Positions 1 to 9,325 of a DNA stretch of 39,651 bases are shown in pieces. The stretch is from Escherichia phage MeretOppenheim_Bas102. The notes under the pieces are model-generated. The model had not been told where the DNA came from and made no database searches. It was given only the letters and a program-made list of their open reading frames with translations. Both the position numbers and the translations under genes were made by a program. Position 1 is the first letter of the stretch; every line of letters begins with the position of its first letter. The stretch lies in the sequence record PQ850620.1; one strand, given 5' to 3'.

Positions 1-204
1 ATGCTGTCTTTGGATTTCAATAACGAGTTAGTCAAGGCTGCGCCTATTGTTGGCACTGGTGTGGCTGACGGCGCTGCGAGGCTTTTCTTCGGACTTAGTC
101 TTAACGAGTGGTTCTACATTGCCGCTATCGCCTACACAGTGGTTCAGATTGGTGCCAAGGTAGTCGATAAGATGATTGACTGGAAGAAAGCCAATAAGGA
201 GTAA
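1..204 (+). CDS. 17.5: holin, T7 gp17.5-like
   Basis: 67-aa ORF MLSLDFNNELVKAAPIVG... recognisable as T7 gp17.5; its RBS AAGGAGGA lies at the very end of the window (39641-39648), consistent with a rotated circular assembly. Confidence 0.9.
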   Translation: MLSLDFNNELVKAAPIVGTGVADGAARLFFGLSLNEWFYIAAIAYTVVQIGAKVVDKMIDWKKANKE

Positions 205-209
205 TTAGT

Positions 210-479
210 ATGGAAAAGGATAAAAGCCTTATTACGTTCTTAGAGATGTTGGACACTGCGATGGCTCAGCGTATGCTTGCGGACCTTTCAGACCCTGAGC
301 GTCGTTCTCCACAACTCTATAACGCCATCAACAAACTATTAGACCGTCACAAGTTCCAGATTGGTAAGTTGCAGCCGGATGTTCACATCTTGGGTGGCCT
401 TGCTGGTGCTCTTGAAGAGTACAAAGAGAAAGTCGGCGATAACGGTCTTACGGATGACGATATTTACACATTACAGTGA
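210..479 (+). CDS. 18: DNA packaging protein A / small terminase subunit (gp18)
   Basis: 89-aa ORF MEKDKSLITFLEMLDTAMAQRMLADL... recognisable as T7 gp18; position between holin and 18.5. Confidence 0.92.
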   Translation: MEKDKSLITFLEMLDTAMAQRMLADLSDPERRSPQLYNAINKLLDRHKFQIGKLQPDVHILGGLAGALEEYKEKVGDNGLTDDDIYTLQ

Positions 480-521
480 CATACTCAAGGTCTCCTACGG
501 GTGGCCTTTATGGATGTCATT
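476..521 (+). promoter_or_regulatory. RNase III processing site R18.5 (predicted)
   Basis: hairpin with conserved CTCAAGGTC...GTGGCCTTTATG motif between genes 18 and 18.5. Confidence 0.5.
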
Positions 522-541
522 TAGATATTTGGGAGGGTGAT

Positions 542-985
542 ATGCTGCAATTTTTACGTAAGCTAATCCCTTGGGTTCTCGCTGGGATGCTATTCGGATT
601 GGGATGGCACCTTGGGTCAGACTCAATGGACGCTAAATGGAAACAGGAGGTACACAATGAGTACGTTAAGAGAGTTGAGGCTACGAAGAGCACTCAAAGA
701 GCAATCAATGAAATATCGGCTAAGTATCAAGAAGACCTTGCCGCGCTGGAAGGGAGCACTGATAGGATTATTTCTGATTTGCGTAGCGACAATAAGCGGC
801 TGCGTGTCAGAGTCAAAACTACCGGAACCTCCGATGGTCAGTGTGGATTCGAGCCTGATGGTCGAGCCGAACTTGACGACCGAGATGCTAAGCGTATTCT
901 CGCAGTGACCCAGAAGGGTGACGCATGGATTCGTGCGTTACAGGATACTATTCGTGAACTGCAACGTAAGCAGGAAAGCAAGTAA
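542..985 (+). CDS. 18.5: gp18.5, Rz-like inner-membrane spanin
   Basis: N-terminal TM segment (LIPWVLAGMLFGLGW) followed by charged coiled-coil-like region; start placed at ATG 542 after GGAGGGTGAT, ORF track frame opens at 476. Confidence 0.85.
   Translation: MLQFLRKLIPWVLAGMLFGLGWHLGSDSMDAKWKQEVHNEYVKRVEATKSTQRAINEISAKYQEDLAALEGSTDRIISDLRSDNKRLRVRVKTTGTSDGQCGFEPDGRAELDDRDAKRILAVTQKGDAWIRALQDTIRELQRKQESK
657..908 (+). CDS. 18.7: gp18.7, Rz1-like outer-membrane lipoprotein spanin nested in alternate frame of 18.5
   Basis: 83-aa nested ORF MSTLRELRLRRALKEQ... with hydrophobic signal and lipobox-like TISGC plus proline-rich C-terminus; classic embedded Rz/Rz1 architecture. Confidence 0.8.
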   Translation: MSTLRELRLRRALKEQSMKYRLSIKKTLPRWKGALIGLFLICVATISGCVSESKLPEPPMVSVDSSLMVEPNLTTEMLSVFSQ

Positions 986-994
986 GGAGGCAAT

Positions 995-2755
995 GTGTCT
1001 ACTCAATCCAATCGTAATGCGCTCGTAGTGGCGCAACTGAAAGGAGACTTCGTGGCATTCCTGTTCGTCTTATGGAAGGCGTTAAACCTTCCGGTGCCCA
1101 CTAAGTGTCAGATTGACATGGCTAAGGTACTGGCGAATGGAGACAACAAGAAGTTCATCCTACAGGCTTTCCGTGGTATCGGTAAGTCGTTCATCACCTG
1201 TGCGTTCGTTGTGTGGTCCTTATGGAGAGACCCTCAGTTGAAGATACTTATCGTATCAGCCTCTAAGGAACGTGCAGACGCTAACTCCATCTTCATCAAG
1301 AACATCATTGACCTGCTGCCGTTTCTTAGTGAGTTGAAGCCGAGACCCGGACAGCGTGATTCTGTAATCAGCTTTGACGTGGGTCCAGCTAACCCTGACC
1401 ACTCTCCTAGTGTGAAATCAGTAGGTATCACTGGTCAGTTAACTGGTAGCCGTGCTGACATTATCATTGCGGATGACGTTGAGATTCCTTCTAACAGTGC
1501 GACTATGGGTGCCCGTGAGAAGCTATGGACTCTGGTTCAGGAGTTCGCTGCATTACTTAAGCCACTGCCTTCCTCTCGCGTTATCTACCTTGGTACTCCT
1601 CAGACAGAGATGACTCTCTATAAGGAACTTGAGGACAACCGTGGGTACACAACCATTATCTGGCCTGCTCTGTATCCAAGGACACGCGAAGAGAACCTCT
1701 ATTACTCACAGCGTCTTGCTCCTATGTTACGTGCTGAGTACGATGAGAACCCTGAGGCCCTCGCTGGGACTCCTACAGACCCTGTGCGCTTTGACCATGA
1801 TGACCTCCGTGAGCGTGAGTTGGAATACGGTAAGGCTGGCTTCACACTACAGTTCATGCTTAACCCGAACCTGAGTGATGCCGAGAAGTACCCTCTGAGG
1901 CTCCGTGACGCTATCGTAGCGGCCTTAGACTTAGAGAAGGCCCCAATGCATTACCAATGGCTTCCGAACCGTCAGAACATCATTGAGGACCTTCCTAACG
2001 TGGGCCTTAAGGGTGATGACCTTCATACCTATCACGATTGTTCCAACAACTCAGGTCAGTACCAACAGAAGATTCTGGTCATTGACCCTAGTGGTCGCGG
2101 TAAGGACGAAACAGGTTACGCTGTGCTGTACACCCTGAACGGTTACATCTACCTTATGGAAGCTGGAGGTTTCCGTGATGGCTACTCTGATAAGACCCTT
2201 GAGTTGCTCGCTAAGAAGGCAAAGCAATGGGGAGTCCAGACGGTCGTCTACGAGAGTAACTTCGGTGACGGTATGTTTGGTAAGGTGTTCAGTCCTATCC
2301 TTCTTAAACACCACAACTGCGCTATGGAAGAGATTCGTGCTCGTGGTATGAAGGAGATGCGTATTTGTGATACCCTTGAGCCAGTCATGCAGACTCACCG
2401 CCTTGTCATTCGTGATGAGGTCATTAGGGCCGACTATCAGTCTGCTCGTGACATAGACGGTAAGCATGACGTTAAATACTCACTGTTCTACCAGATGACC
2501 CGTATCACTCGTGAGAAAGGCGCTCTGGCACACGATGACCGATTGGATGCCCTTGCGTTAGGCATTGAGTATCTCCGTGAGTCCATGCAGTTGGATTCCG
2601 TTAAGGTCGAAGGCGAAGTGCTTGCTGACTTCCTTGAGGAACACATGATGCGTCCTACAGTAGCTGCAACGCACATCATTGAGATGTCTGTGGGAGGAGT
2701 TGATGTGTACTCTGAGGACGATGATGGTTACGGTACATCTTTCATTGAGTGGTGA
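995..2755 (+). CDS. 19: DNA maturase B / large terminase subunit (gp19)
   Basis: 586-aa [22 protein letters not shown]..., GTG start after AGGAGG; length and sequence as T7 gp19. Confidence 0.95.
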   Translation: MSTQSNRNALVVAQLKGDFVAFLFVLWKALNLPVPTKCQIDMAKVLANGDNKKFILQAFRGIGKSFITCAFVVWSLWRDPQLKILIVSASKERADANSIFIKNIIDLLPFLSELKPRPGQRDSVISFDVGPANPDHSPSVKSVGITGQLTGSRADIIIADDVEIPSNSATMGAREKLWTLVQEFAALLKPLPSSRVIYLGTPQTEMTLYKELEDNRGYTTIIWPALYPRTREENLYYSQRLAPMLRAEYDENPEALAGTPTDPVRFDHDDLRERELEYGKAGFTLQFMLNPNLSDAEKYPLRLRDAIVAALDLEKAPMHYQWLPNRQNIIEDLPNVGLKGDDLHTYHDCSNNSGQYQQKILVIDPSGRGKDETGYAVLYTLNGYIYLMEAGGFRDGYSDKTLELLAKKAKQWGVQTVVYESNFGDGMFGKVFSPILLKHHNCAMEEIRARGMKEMRICDTLEPVMQTHRLVIRDEVIRADYQSARDIDGKHDVKYSLFYQMTRITREKGALAHDDRLDALALGIEYLRESMQLDSVKVEGEVLADFLEEHMMRPTVAATHIIEMSVGGVDVYSEDDDGYGTSFIEW

Positions 2756-2835
2756 TTTATTCACTGAGACTGCATAGTGATGCACTATAGACCACGGATG
2801 GTCAGTTCTTTAAGTTACTGAAAAGACACGATAAA

Positions 2836-2858
2836 TTAATACGACTCACTATAGGGAG
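2836..2858 (+). promoter_or_regulatory. T7 RNAP promoter phiOR
   Basis: exact 23-bp consensus TAATACGACTCACTATAGGGAGA between gene 19 and 19.5. Confidence 0.9.
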
Positions 2859-3012
2859 AGGAGGGACGAAAGGTTACTATATAGATACTGAATGAATACT
2901 TATAGAGTGCATAAAGTATGCATAATGGTGTACCTAAAGTGACCTCTAAGAATGGTGATTATATTGTATTAATATCACCTTAACTTAAAGACCAACATAA
3001 AGGAGGAGACTC

Positions 3013-3162
3013 ATGTTCCGCTTATTGTTGAACCTACTGCGGCATAGAGTCACCTACCGCTTTCTTGTGGTACTTTGTGCTGCCCTTGGGTACGCATCTC
3101 TTACTGGAGACCTCAGTTCACTGGAGTCTACCGTTTGCTCTTTACTCACTTGTAGCGATTAA
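3013..3162 (+). CDS. 19.5: gp19.5 small protein
   Basis: 49-aa ORF MFRLLLNLLRHRVTYRFLVVLCAAL... after AGGAGGAGACTC RBS, downstream of phiOR as in T7. Confidence 0.75.
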   Translation: MFRLLLNLLRHRVTYRFLVVLCAALGYASLTGDLSSLESTVCSLLTCSD

Positions 3163-3404
3163 GGTCTTCCTGACCGACTGATGGCTCACCGAGGGATTCA
3201 GCGGTATGATTGCATCACACCACTTCATCCCTATAGAGTCAAGTCCTAAGGTATACCCCCATAAAGAGCCTCTAATGGTCTATCCGTAAGGTCTATACCT
3301 AAAGATAGGCCATCCTATCAGTGTCACCTAAAGAGGGTCTTAGAGAGGGCCTAAGGAGTTCCTAGAGGGTCCTTTAAAATATACCATAAAAATCTGAGTG
3401 ACTA

Positions 3405-3564
3405 TCTCACAGTTTAAGAACCCAAAGTTCCCCCATAGGGGCCCCTAAAGCCCAGCCAATCACCTGAAGTCAACCTTCGGTTGACCTTGGGGTTCCCTTG
3501 AGGGGTTGGGATGGGCCTTGGGTTTACCTTTGAGTGGTCCTAGAGTGTCTCTTTGTGTCCCTAT
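3405..3564. repeat. terminal repeat region (single collapsed copy at the right-end/left-end junction)
   Basis: sequence TCTCACAGT...CTGTGTCCCT corresponds to the ~160-bp direct terminal repeat of T7; flanked by right-end unique sequence on the 5' side and left-end unique sequence on the 3' side; exact boundaries for this phage not verifiable from one copy. Confidence 0.5.
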
Positions 3565-3576
3565 CTGTTACAACCT

Positions 3577-3740
3577 CCTAAAGTATCCTCCTAAAGTATC
3601 CTCCTAAAGTCACCTCCTAAAGTCCTTCCTAAAGCCAACACCTAAAGCCTACACCTAAAGACCCATCGAGTCAACGCCTATCTTAAAGTATAGACCTAAA
3701 GACCAGACCTAAAGACACCACATAAAGACCATACCTAAAG
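3577..3740 (+). repeat. left-end array of CCTAAAG heptamer repeats
   Basis: about ten copies of CCTAAAG (and close variants such as CTTAAAG and ATAAAG) spaced 4-15 bp apart, read directly from the sequence; known feature of the T7 left end. Confidence 0.8.
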
Positions 3741-3802
3741 ACGCCTTGTTGTTAGCCATAAAGGGATAATCTTCAATCATTGTCTTTAACCATTGTCTTT
3801 AT

Positions 3803-3825
3803 TAATACGACTCACTATAGAGAGA
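3803..3825 (+). promoter_or_regulatory. T7 RNAP promoter phiOL
   Basis: TAATACGACTCACTATAGAGAGA near the genome left end, upstream of A1. Confidence 0.85.
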
Positions 3826-3881
3826 CTACTTAAAGAGGCCTTAAAGATGGATTAATTTAAAGATTTATTAAAAAAAGAGTA

Positions 3882-3917
3882 TTGACTTTAAGTCTAACCT
3901 ATAGGATACTTTGAGCC
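3882..3917 (+). promoter_or_regulatory. E. coli sigma70 early promoter A1
   Basis: -35 TTGACT (3882-3887), 17-bp spacer, -10 GATACT (3905-3910); matches T7 A1 architecture. Confidence 0.85.
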
Positions 3918-4007
3918 ATCGAGAGGGACACGGTGAATAACCATCCTAATCGACACCGGGGTCAACCGGATAAGTAGGCAGCCTGTAAGCCATACGAAAA
4001 ACAGGCA

Positions 4008-4044
4008 TTGACAACATGAAGTAACATGCAGTAAGATATTAAGC
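4008..4044 (+). promoter_or_regulatory. E. coli sigma70 early promoter A2
   Basis: -35 TTGACA (4008-4013), 18-bp spacer, -10 TAAGAT (4032-4037). Confidence 0.85.
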
Positions 4045-4113
4045 GTCAACCACTGACACGGTGTCTTCTAGGTGACTTAAGCGCACCACGGCACATAAAG
4101 TGAAACAAAACGG

Positions 4114-4149
4114 TTGACAACATGAAGTAAACACGGTACGATGTACCAC
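4114..4149 (+). promoter_or_regulatory. E. coli sigma70 early promoter A3
   Basis: -35 TTGACA (4114-4119), 17-bp spacer, -10 TACGAT (4137-4142). Confidence 0.85.
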
Positions 4150-4242
4150 GAAATGACGGAACAGTGAGTCACCACACTGAAAGGTGATGCGGTCTAACGA
4201 AACCTGACCAAAGACGCTCTTTAACAATCTGGTAAATAGCTC

Positions 4243-4318
4243 TTGAGTGCATGAATAGTGGATAACTCAAGGGTATCGCAAGGTGCCCTTTAATGATATT
4301 CATTAACAACACTATGAG
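4243..4318 (+). promoter_or_regulatory. RNase III processing site R0.3 (predicted)
   Basis: imperfect hairpin upstream of ocr with ACTCAAGG...GTGCCCTTTAATGA motif. Confidence 0.5.
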
Positions 4319-4328
4319 GTAACACAAG

Positions 4329-4691
4329 ATGGCTATGTCTAACATGACTTACAACAACGTTTTCGATCACGCTTACGAAATGCTGAAAGAAAATATCCGT
4401 TATGATGACATCCGCAACGCTGATGGTCTGCACGATGCTGTTCACATGGCTGCCGATAATGCAGTACCGCACTACTACTCCGACATTTTCAGTGTGATGG
4501 CAAGCGAGGGCATTGATCTTGAGTTCGAGGACTCTGGTCTTATGCCGGACACCAAGGACGTAATTCGCATCCTGCAAGCTCGCATCTATGAGCAACTAAC
4601 GATTGAACTCTGGGGAGACGCTGAGGACTTACTGAACGAGTACCTTGAGGAAGTCGAGGAAGAGGAAGACTACGAAGAGGACGAAGAGTAA
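4329..4691 (+). CDS. ocr: Ocr (gp0.3), DNA-mimic anti-restriction protein
   Basis: 120-aa highly acidic [32 protein letters not shown]... ending in [14 protein letters not shown]; first gene after early promoters A1-A3. Confidence 0.93.
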   Translation: MAMSNMTYNNVFDHAYEMLKENIRYDDIRNADGLHDAVHMAADNAVPHYYSDIFSVMASEGIDLEFEDSGLMPDTKDVIRILQARIYEQLTIELWGDAEDLLNEYLEEVEEEEDYEEDEE

Positions 4692-4843
4692 TGGCTAACA
4701 GCACGCAATACGGTCTGACCGCTCAAACTGTACTGTTTTATAGTGACATGGTGCGCTGCGGGTTTGATTGGTCGCTCGCAATGGCACACCTTAAGGAACT
4801 GTATGAAAACAACAAGGCAATAGCCTTAGAAGCTGCTGAGTGA
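4691..4843 (+). CDS. 0.4: gp0.4 (cell-division/FtsZ inhibitor in T7)
   Basis: 50-aa [28 protein letters not shown]... starting at TAATG overlap with ocr stop. Confidence 0.8.
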   Translation: MANSTQYGLTAQTVLFYSDMVRCGFDWSLAMAHLKELYENNKAIALEAAE

Positions 4844-4881
4844 TAGGCTCAAGGTCGCTCCTAATGAGTGGCCTTTAATGA
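4843..4881 (+). promoter_or_regulatory. RNase III processing site R0.5 (predicted)
   Basis: CTCAAGGTCGCTCCTAATGAGTGGCCTTTAATG between 0.4 and 0.5. Confidence 0.5.
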
Positions 4882-4906
4882 TTATCACTTTTTACTTACG
4901 GGAGTA

Positions 4907-5038
4907 ATGTATATGCTTACTATCGGTCTACTCACCGCGCTAGGTCTAGCCGTAGGTGCATCTTTTGGGGAGTCTTTGGGCGTAGCTGTAGGCTCTTACT
5001 TGGTAGCTTGCATCGTTACGGGAGCACTGCGCAAATGA
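4907..5038 (+). CDS. 0.5: gp0.5 small hydrophobic protein
   Basis: 43-aa ORF MYMLTIGLLTALGLAVGASFG... after GGGAG RBS; hydrophobic. Confidence 0.7.
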   Translation: MYMLTIGLLTALGLAVGASFGESLGVAVGSYLVACIVTGALRK

Positions 5039-5196
5039 TGAAACACTACGTCATGCCTATCCACACGTCCAACGGGGCAACAGTGTGCACACCTGACGGG
5101 TTCGCAATGAAACAGCGCGTCGAACGCCTTAAGCGTGAACTGCGCATCAACCGCAAGATTAACAAGATAGGTTCCAACTATGATAGAACGCACTGA
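5035..5196 (+). CDS. 0.6: gp0.6A
   Basis: ORF MMKHYVMPIHTSNGATVCTPDGFAMKQRVERLKRELRINRKINKIG... recognisable as T7 gp0.6. Confidence 0.8.
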   Translation: MMKHYVMPIHTSNGATVCTPDGFAMKQRVERLKRELRINRKINKIGSNYDRTH

Positions 5197-5398
5197 TGGC
5201 TTAAAGAAAGGCTATATGCCCAACGGTACACTATACGCTGCAAATAGGCGCATAGTAAGGACGTGGCGAGAGAACAACCTTGAACGCCGCAAGGCCCAAG
5301 AAAGGGCGGCATGGCATCGGCGAAAGGAAAGGGTTAAAGCTAAGAAACTGGCAGCACTTGAACAAGCATTAGCTAACACACTGAACGCTATCTCATAA
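5180..5398 (+). CDS. basic ORF in the frame used for the T7 gp0.6B extension (possible frameshift product) or hypothetical protein
   Basis: 72-aa arginine/lysine-rich ORF overlapping 3' end of 0.6A in a different frame; position corresponds to 0.6B region of T7; no independent RBS checked. Confidence 0.35.
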   Translation: MIERTDGLKKGYMPNGTLYAANRRIVRTWRENNLERRKAQERAAWHRRKERVKAKKLAALEQALANTLNAIS

Positions 5399-5422
5399 CG
5401 AACACATAAAGGACACACTGCA

Positions 5423-6502
5423 ATGAATATTACCGACATCGTGAACGCTATCGACGCAATCAAAGCGCTACCAATCTGTGAAATTGACAAGCGTCAAAGT
5501 ATGCTTATCGACTTACTGGTTGAGATGGTAAGCAGCGAGACATGCGATGGCGAGATCACCGAACTGAATCAGGCACTTGAGCATCAAGATTGGTGGACTA
5601 CCTTGAAGTGCCTCACAGCTGACGCAGGGTTCAAGATGCTTGGTAATGGTCACTTCTCGGCTGCTTATAGTCACCCGTTGCTACCTAACAGAGTGATTAA
5701 GGTGGGCTTTAAGAAAGAGGACTCAGGCGCTGCGTATACCGCATTCTGCCGCATGTATCAGGGCCGTGCAGGCATCCCTAACGTCTACGATGTACAGCGT
5801 CACGCTGGATGCTATACGGTTGTACTCGATGCACTGAATGATTGCGAGCGTTTCAACAACGATGAACATTATAAATACGCTGAGATTGCAAGCGACATCA
5901 TTGACTGCAAATCAGATGCGCACGATGTGTTAACTGGATGGGATGGCGAGTTCGTCGAGACTTGCAAGTTAATCCGCAAGTTCTTTGAGGGAATCGCTTC
6001 GTTCGACATGCACAGTGGGAACATCATGTTCAACGATAATGATGTACCATACATTACCGACCCGGTATCATTCTCACAGAAGAAAGACGGTGGCTCGTTC
6101 AGCATTGACCCTGAGGAACTCATTAAGGAAGTCGAGGAGGTCGCACACCAGAGAGAAATCGACCGCGCTAAGGACCGTAAAGTACGCCACGAGGGGCGCT
6201 TAGAGGCACGCAGATGCAAGCGCCATAACCGCAAGGCTCGTAAAGCACACCAAGCGAAGAGCGAGAGAATGCTTGCTGCGTGGCGCTTGGCTGTACGTCA
6301 AGAACAACGAGACCATCAAATAGCTAGGTATGTACTCGGTAGAACTGCTCATGTCTTGCGCTGGGTGCAAATGCCTATGGTGGACTTTAAGGCACTTGAG
6401 GAACGAATCGCGCTGCACTGGCGTAAAGCTGACAGAGTGGCTGTAGCTAACGGTCTTCCGCTTAACATCGACAAGAAACTTGACGCAATGCTAATGGGTT
6501 GA
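5423..6502 (+). CDS. 0.7: gp0.7 serine/threonine protein kinase / host transcription shut-off protein
   Basis: 359-aa [28 protein letters not shown]...; same length and sequence family as T7 gp0.7. Confidence 0.93.
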   Translation: MNITDIVNAIDAIKALPICEIDKRQSMLIDLLVEMVSSETCDGEITELNQALEHQDWWTTLKCLTADAGFKMLGNGHFSAAYSHPLLPNRVIKVGFKKEDSGAAYTAFCRMYQGRAGIPNVYDVQRHAGCYTVVLDALNDCERFNNDEHYKYAEIASDIIDCKSDAHDVLTGWDGEFVETCKLIRKFFEGIASFDMHSGNIMFNDNDVPYITDPVSFSQKKDGGSFSIDPEELIKEVEEVAHQREIDRAKDRKVRHEGRLEARRCKRHNRKARKAHQAKSERMLAAWRLAVRQEQRDHQIARYVLGRTAHVLRWVQMPMVDFKALEERIALHWRKADRVAVANGLPLNIDKKLDAMLMG

Positions 6503-6504
6503 TA

Positions 6505-6548
6505 GTCTTATCTTACAGGTCATCTACGGGTGGCCTGAATAGATACGA
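6505..6548 (+). promoter_or_regulatory. RNase III processing site R1 (predicted)
   Basis: CTTACAGGTCATCTACGGGTGGCCTGAATAG between 0.7 and gene 1. Confidence 0.5.
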
Positions 6549-6572
6549 TTTACTAACAGAAAGAGGCGCTAA

Positions 6573-9224
6573 ATGAACACGATTAACATCGCTAAGAACG
6601 ACTTCTCTGACATCGAACTAGCTGCTATTCCGTTCAATACTCTGGCTGACCATTACGGTGAGCGTTTAGCTCGCGAACAGTTGGCCCTTGAGCATGAGTC
6701 TTACGAAATGGGCGAAGCACGCTTCCGCAAGATGTTTGAGCGTCAGCTTAAAGCTGGTGAGGTTGCGGATAACGCTGCCGCCAAGCCTCTCATTACTACC
6801 CTACTCCCTAAAATGATTGCACGCATCAACGATTGGTTTGAGGAAGTGAAAGCTAAGCGCGGCAAACGCCCGACAGCATTCCAGTTCCTGCAAGAAATCA
6901 AGCCGGAAGCTGTAGCTTATATCACCATTAAGACCACTCTGGCTTGCCTCACTAGCGCAGACAATACAACCGTTCAGGCTGTAGCAAGCGCAATCGGTCG
7001 AGCCATTGAGGATGAGGCTCGCTTCGGTCGCATCCGTGACCTTGAGGCTAAGCACTTCAAGAAAAACGTTGAGGAGCAACTCAACAAGCGCGTAGGGCAC
7101 GTCTACAAGAAAGCATTCATGCAGGTTGTCGAAGCTGACATGCTCTCTAAGGGTCTTTTAGGCGGTGAAGCGTGGTCTTCGTGGCACAAGGAAGACTCTA
7201 TTCACGTAGGTGTGCGCTGCATTGAGATGATCATCGAGTCAACCGGAATGGTCAGCTTGAACCGCCAAAACGCTGGCGTAGTAGGGCAAGACTCTGAGAC
7301 TATCGAACTCACACCGGAATACGCTGAAGCTATCGCAACACGTGCGGGTGCACTGGCTGGTATCTCTCCGATGTTCCAACCTTGTGTAGTTCCTCCCAAG
7401 CCTTGGACTGGCATTACCGGTGGTGGCTATTGGGCTAATGGTCGCCGCCCTCTGGCACTGGTACGTACCCACAGCAAGAAAGCACTGATGCGCTACGAAG
7501 ATGTTTACATGCCTGAGGTGTACAAAGCGATTAACATTGCACAAAACACCGCATGGAAAATCAACAAGAAAGTCCTAGCGGTCGCCAACGTAATCACCAA
7601 GTGGAAGCACTGCCCTGTAGAGGACATCCCAGCGATTGAACGCGAAGAACTCCCGATGAAACCGGAAGACATCGACACGAATCCTGAGGCGCTCACCGCT
7701 TGGAAGCGTGATGCTGCCGCTGTGTACCGCAAGGACAAGGCTCGCAAGTCTCGTCGTATCAGCCTTGAGTTCATGCTTGAGCAAGCCAATAAGTTCGCTA
7801 ACCATAAGGCCATCTGGTTCCCTTACAACATGGACTGGCGCGGTCGTGTTTACGCTGTGTCAATGTTCAATCCGCAAGGTAACGACATGACCAAGGGACT
7901 GCTTACGCTGGCGAAAGGTAAACCAATCGGTAAGGAAGGTTATTACTGGCTGAAAATCCACGGCGCAAACTGTGCGGGTGTCGATAAGGTTCCGTTCCCT
8001 GAGCGCATCAAGTTCATTGAGGAAAACCACGAGAACATCATGGCTTGCGCTAAGTCTCCACTGGAGAACACTTGGTGGGCTGAGCAAGATTCTCCGTTCT
8101 GCTTCCTTGCGTTCTGCTTTGAGTACGCTGGGGTACAGCACCACGGCCTGAGTTATAGCTGCTCTCTTCCGCTGGCGTTCGATGGGTCTTGCTCTGGCAT
8201 TCAGCACTTCTCCGCGATGCTCCGTGATGAGGTAGGTGGTCGCGCTGTTAACTTGCTGCCCAGCGAAACCGTTCAGGACATCTACGGGATTGTCGCTAAG
8301 AAAGTCAACGAGATTTTGCAAGCAGACGTAATCAACGGGACCGACAACGAAGTAGTTACCGTTACCGATGAGAACACTGGTGAAATCTCTGAGAAAGTCA
8401 AGCTGGGCACCAAGGCGCTGGCTGGTCAGTGGTTGGCTTACGGTGTTACTCGTAGTGTGACTAAGCGTTCAGTCATGACGCTGGCTTATGGGTCCAAAGA
8501 GTTCGGATTCCGTCAACAAGTGCTGGAAGATACCATTCAGCCAGCCATTGATTCCGGTAAGGGTCTGATGTTCACTCAACCGAATCAGGCTGCTGGATAC
8601 ATGGCGAAACTGATTTGGGAATCTGTGAGCGTGACGGTGGTAGCTGCTGTGGAAGCTATGAACTGGCTTAAGTCTGCTGCTAAACTGCTGGCTGCTGAGG
8701 TCAAAGATAAGAAGACTGGAGAGATTCTTCGCAAGCGTTGCGCTGTACATTGGGTGACTCCTGATGGGTTCCCAGTGTGGCAAGAATACAAGAAGCCTAT
8801 TCAGACTCGCTTGAACCTGATGTTCCTCGGTCAGTTCCGTCTACAGCCGACCATTAACACCAACAAAGATAGCGAGATTGACGCTCACAAGCAGGAGTCT
8901 GGCATCGCTCCTAACTTTGTACACAGCCAAGACGGTAGTCACCTGCGTAAGACTGTAGTGTGGGCACATGAGAAGTATGGAATCGAGTCTTTTGCACTGA
9001 TTCACGACTCCTTCGGGACCATTCCGGCTGACGCTGCTAACCTGTTCAAAGCTGTTCGGGAAACTATGGTTGACACCTATGAGTCTTATGATGTACTGGC
9101 TGACTTCTATGACCAGTTTGCTGACCAGTTGCATGAGTCTCAATTGGACAAAATGCCAACGCTTCCGGCTAAAGGTAACTTGAATCTACGTGACATCTTA
9201 GAGTCAGACTTCGCGTTCGCGTAA
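6573..9224 (+). CDS. 1: single-subunit DNA-directed RNA polymerase (T7 RNAP, gp1)
   Basis: 883-aa ORF MNTINIAKNDFSDIELAAIPFNTLADHYGERLAREQLALEHESYEMGEARFRKMFERQ...; unmistakable T7 RNA polymerase. Confidence 0.98.
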   Translation: MNTINIAKNDFSDIELAAIPFNTLADHYGERLAREQLALEHESYEMGEARFRKMFERQLKAGEVADNAAAKPLITTLLPKMIARINDWFEEVKAKRGKRPTAFQFLQEIKPEAVAYITIKTTLACLTSADNTTVQAVASAIGRAIEDEARFGRIRDLEAKHFKKNVEEQLNKRVGHVYKKAFMQVVEADMLSKGLLGGEAWSSWHKEDSIHVGVRCIEMIIESTGMVSLNRQNAGVVGQDSETIELTPEYAEAIATRAGALAGISPMFQPCVVPPKPWTGITGGGYWANGRRPLALVRTHSKKALMRYEDVYMPEVYKAINIAQNTAWKINKKVLAVANVITKWKHCPVEDIPAIEREELPMKPEDIDTNPEALTAWKRDAAAVYRKDKARKSRRISLEFMLEQANKFANHKAIWFPYNMDWRGRVYAVSMFNPQGNDMTKGLLTLAKGKPIGKEGYYWLKIHGANCAGVDKVPFPERIKFIEENHENIMACAKSPLENTWWAEQDSPFCFLAFCFEYAGVQHHGLSYSCSLPLAFDGSCSGIQHFSAMLRDEVGGRAVNLLPSETVQDIYGIVAKKVNEILQADVINGTDNEVVTVTDENTGEISEKVKLGTKALAGQWLAYGVTRSVTKRSVMTLAYGSKEFGFRQQVLEDTIQPAIDSGKGLMFTQPNQAAGYMAKLIWESVSVTVVAAVEAMNWLKSAAKLLAAEVKDKKTGEILRKRCAVHWVTPDGFPVWQEYKKPIQTRLNLMFLGQFRLQPTINTNKDSEIDAHKQESGIAPNFVHSQDGSHLRKTVVWAHEKYGIESFALIHDSFGTIPADAANLFKAVRETMVDTYESYDVLADFYDQFADQLHESQLDKMPTLPAKGNLNLRDILESDFAFA

Positions 9225-9232
9225 CGCCAAAT

Positions 9233-9255
9233 TAATACGACTCACTATAGAGGGA
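9233..9255 (+). promoter_or_regulatory. T7 RNAP promoter phi1.1A
   Basis: TAATACGACTCACTATAGAGGGA immediately after gene 1 stop. Confidence 0.88.
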
Positions 9256-9300
9256 CAAACTCAAGGTCATTCGCAAGAGTGGCCTATGATTGACCTTCCA
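9256..9300 (+). promoter_or_regulatory. RNase III processing site R1.1 (predicted)
   Basis: CTCAAGGTCATTCGCAAGAGTGGCCTATGATTGACCTT between phi1.1A and phi1.1B. Confidence 0.5.
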
Positions 9301-9302
9301 GT

Positions 9303-9325
9303 TAATACGACTCACTATAGGGGAA
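9303..9325 (+). promoter_or_regulatory. T7 RNAP promoter phi1.1B
   Basis: TAATACGACTCACTATAGGGGAA. Confidence 0.88.

Noticed and set aside
1629-1874. Alternate-frame + strand ORFs inside known genes (also 5985-6203, 7708-7890, 12878-13096, 13741-13950, 17985-18176, 18651-18920, 23909-24124, 24713-24895, 29903-30118, 31151-31396, 31403-31591, 31679-31951, 34237-34521, 36721-37005, 38224-38436, 38728-38940, 39121-39306)
   Set aside because: Embedded in conserved coding regions without RBS or known T7 counterparts; unlike the 18.7 (Rz1) and 4.2-like cases there is no precedent or membrane/lipoprotein signature supporting them.
3577-3740. Array of short CCTAAAG repeats that superficially resembles a CRISPR or iteron array
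   Set aside because: Repeat unit is only 7 bp with irregular 4-15 bp spacing and no associated cas genes; it matches the known left-end heptamer repeats of T7-like genomes.
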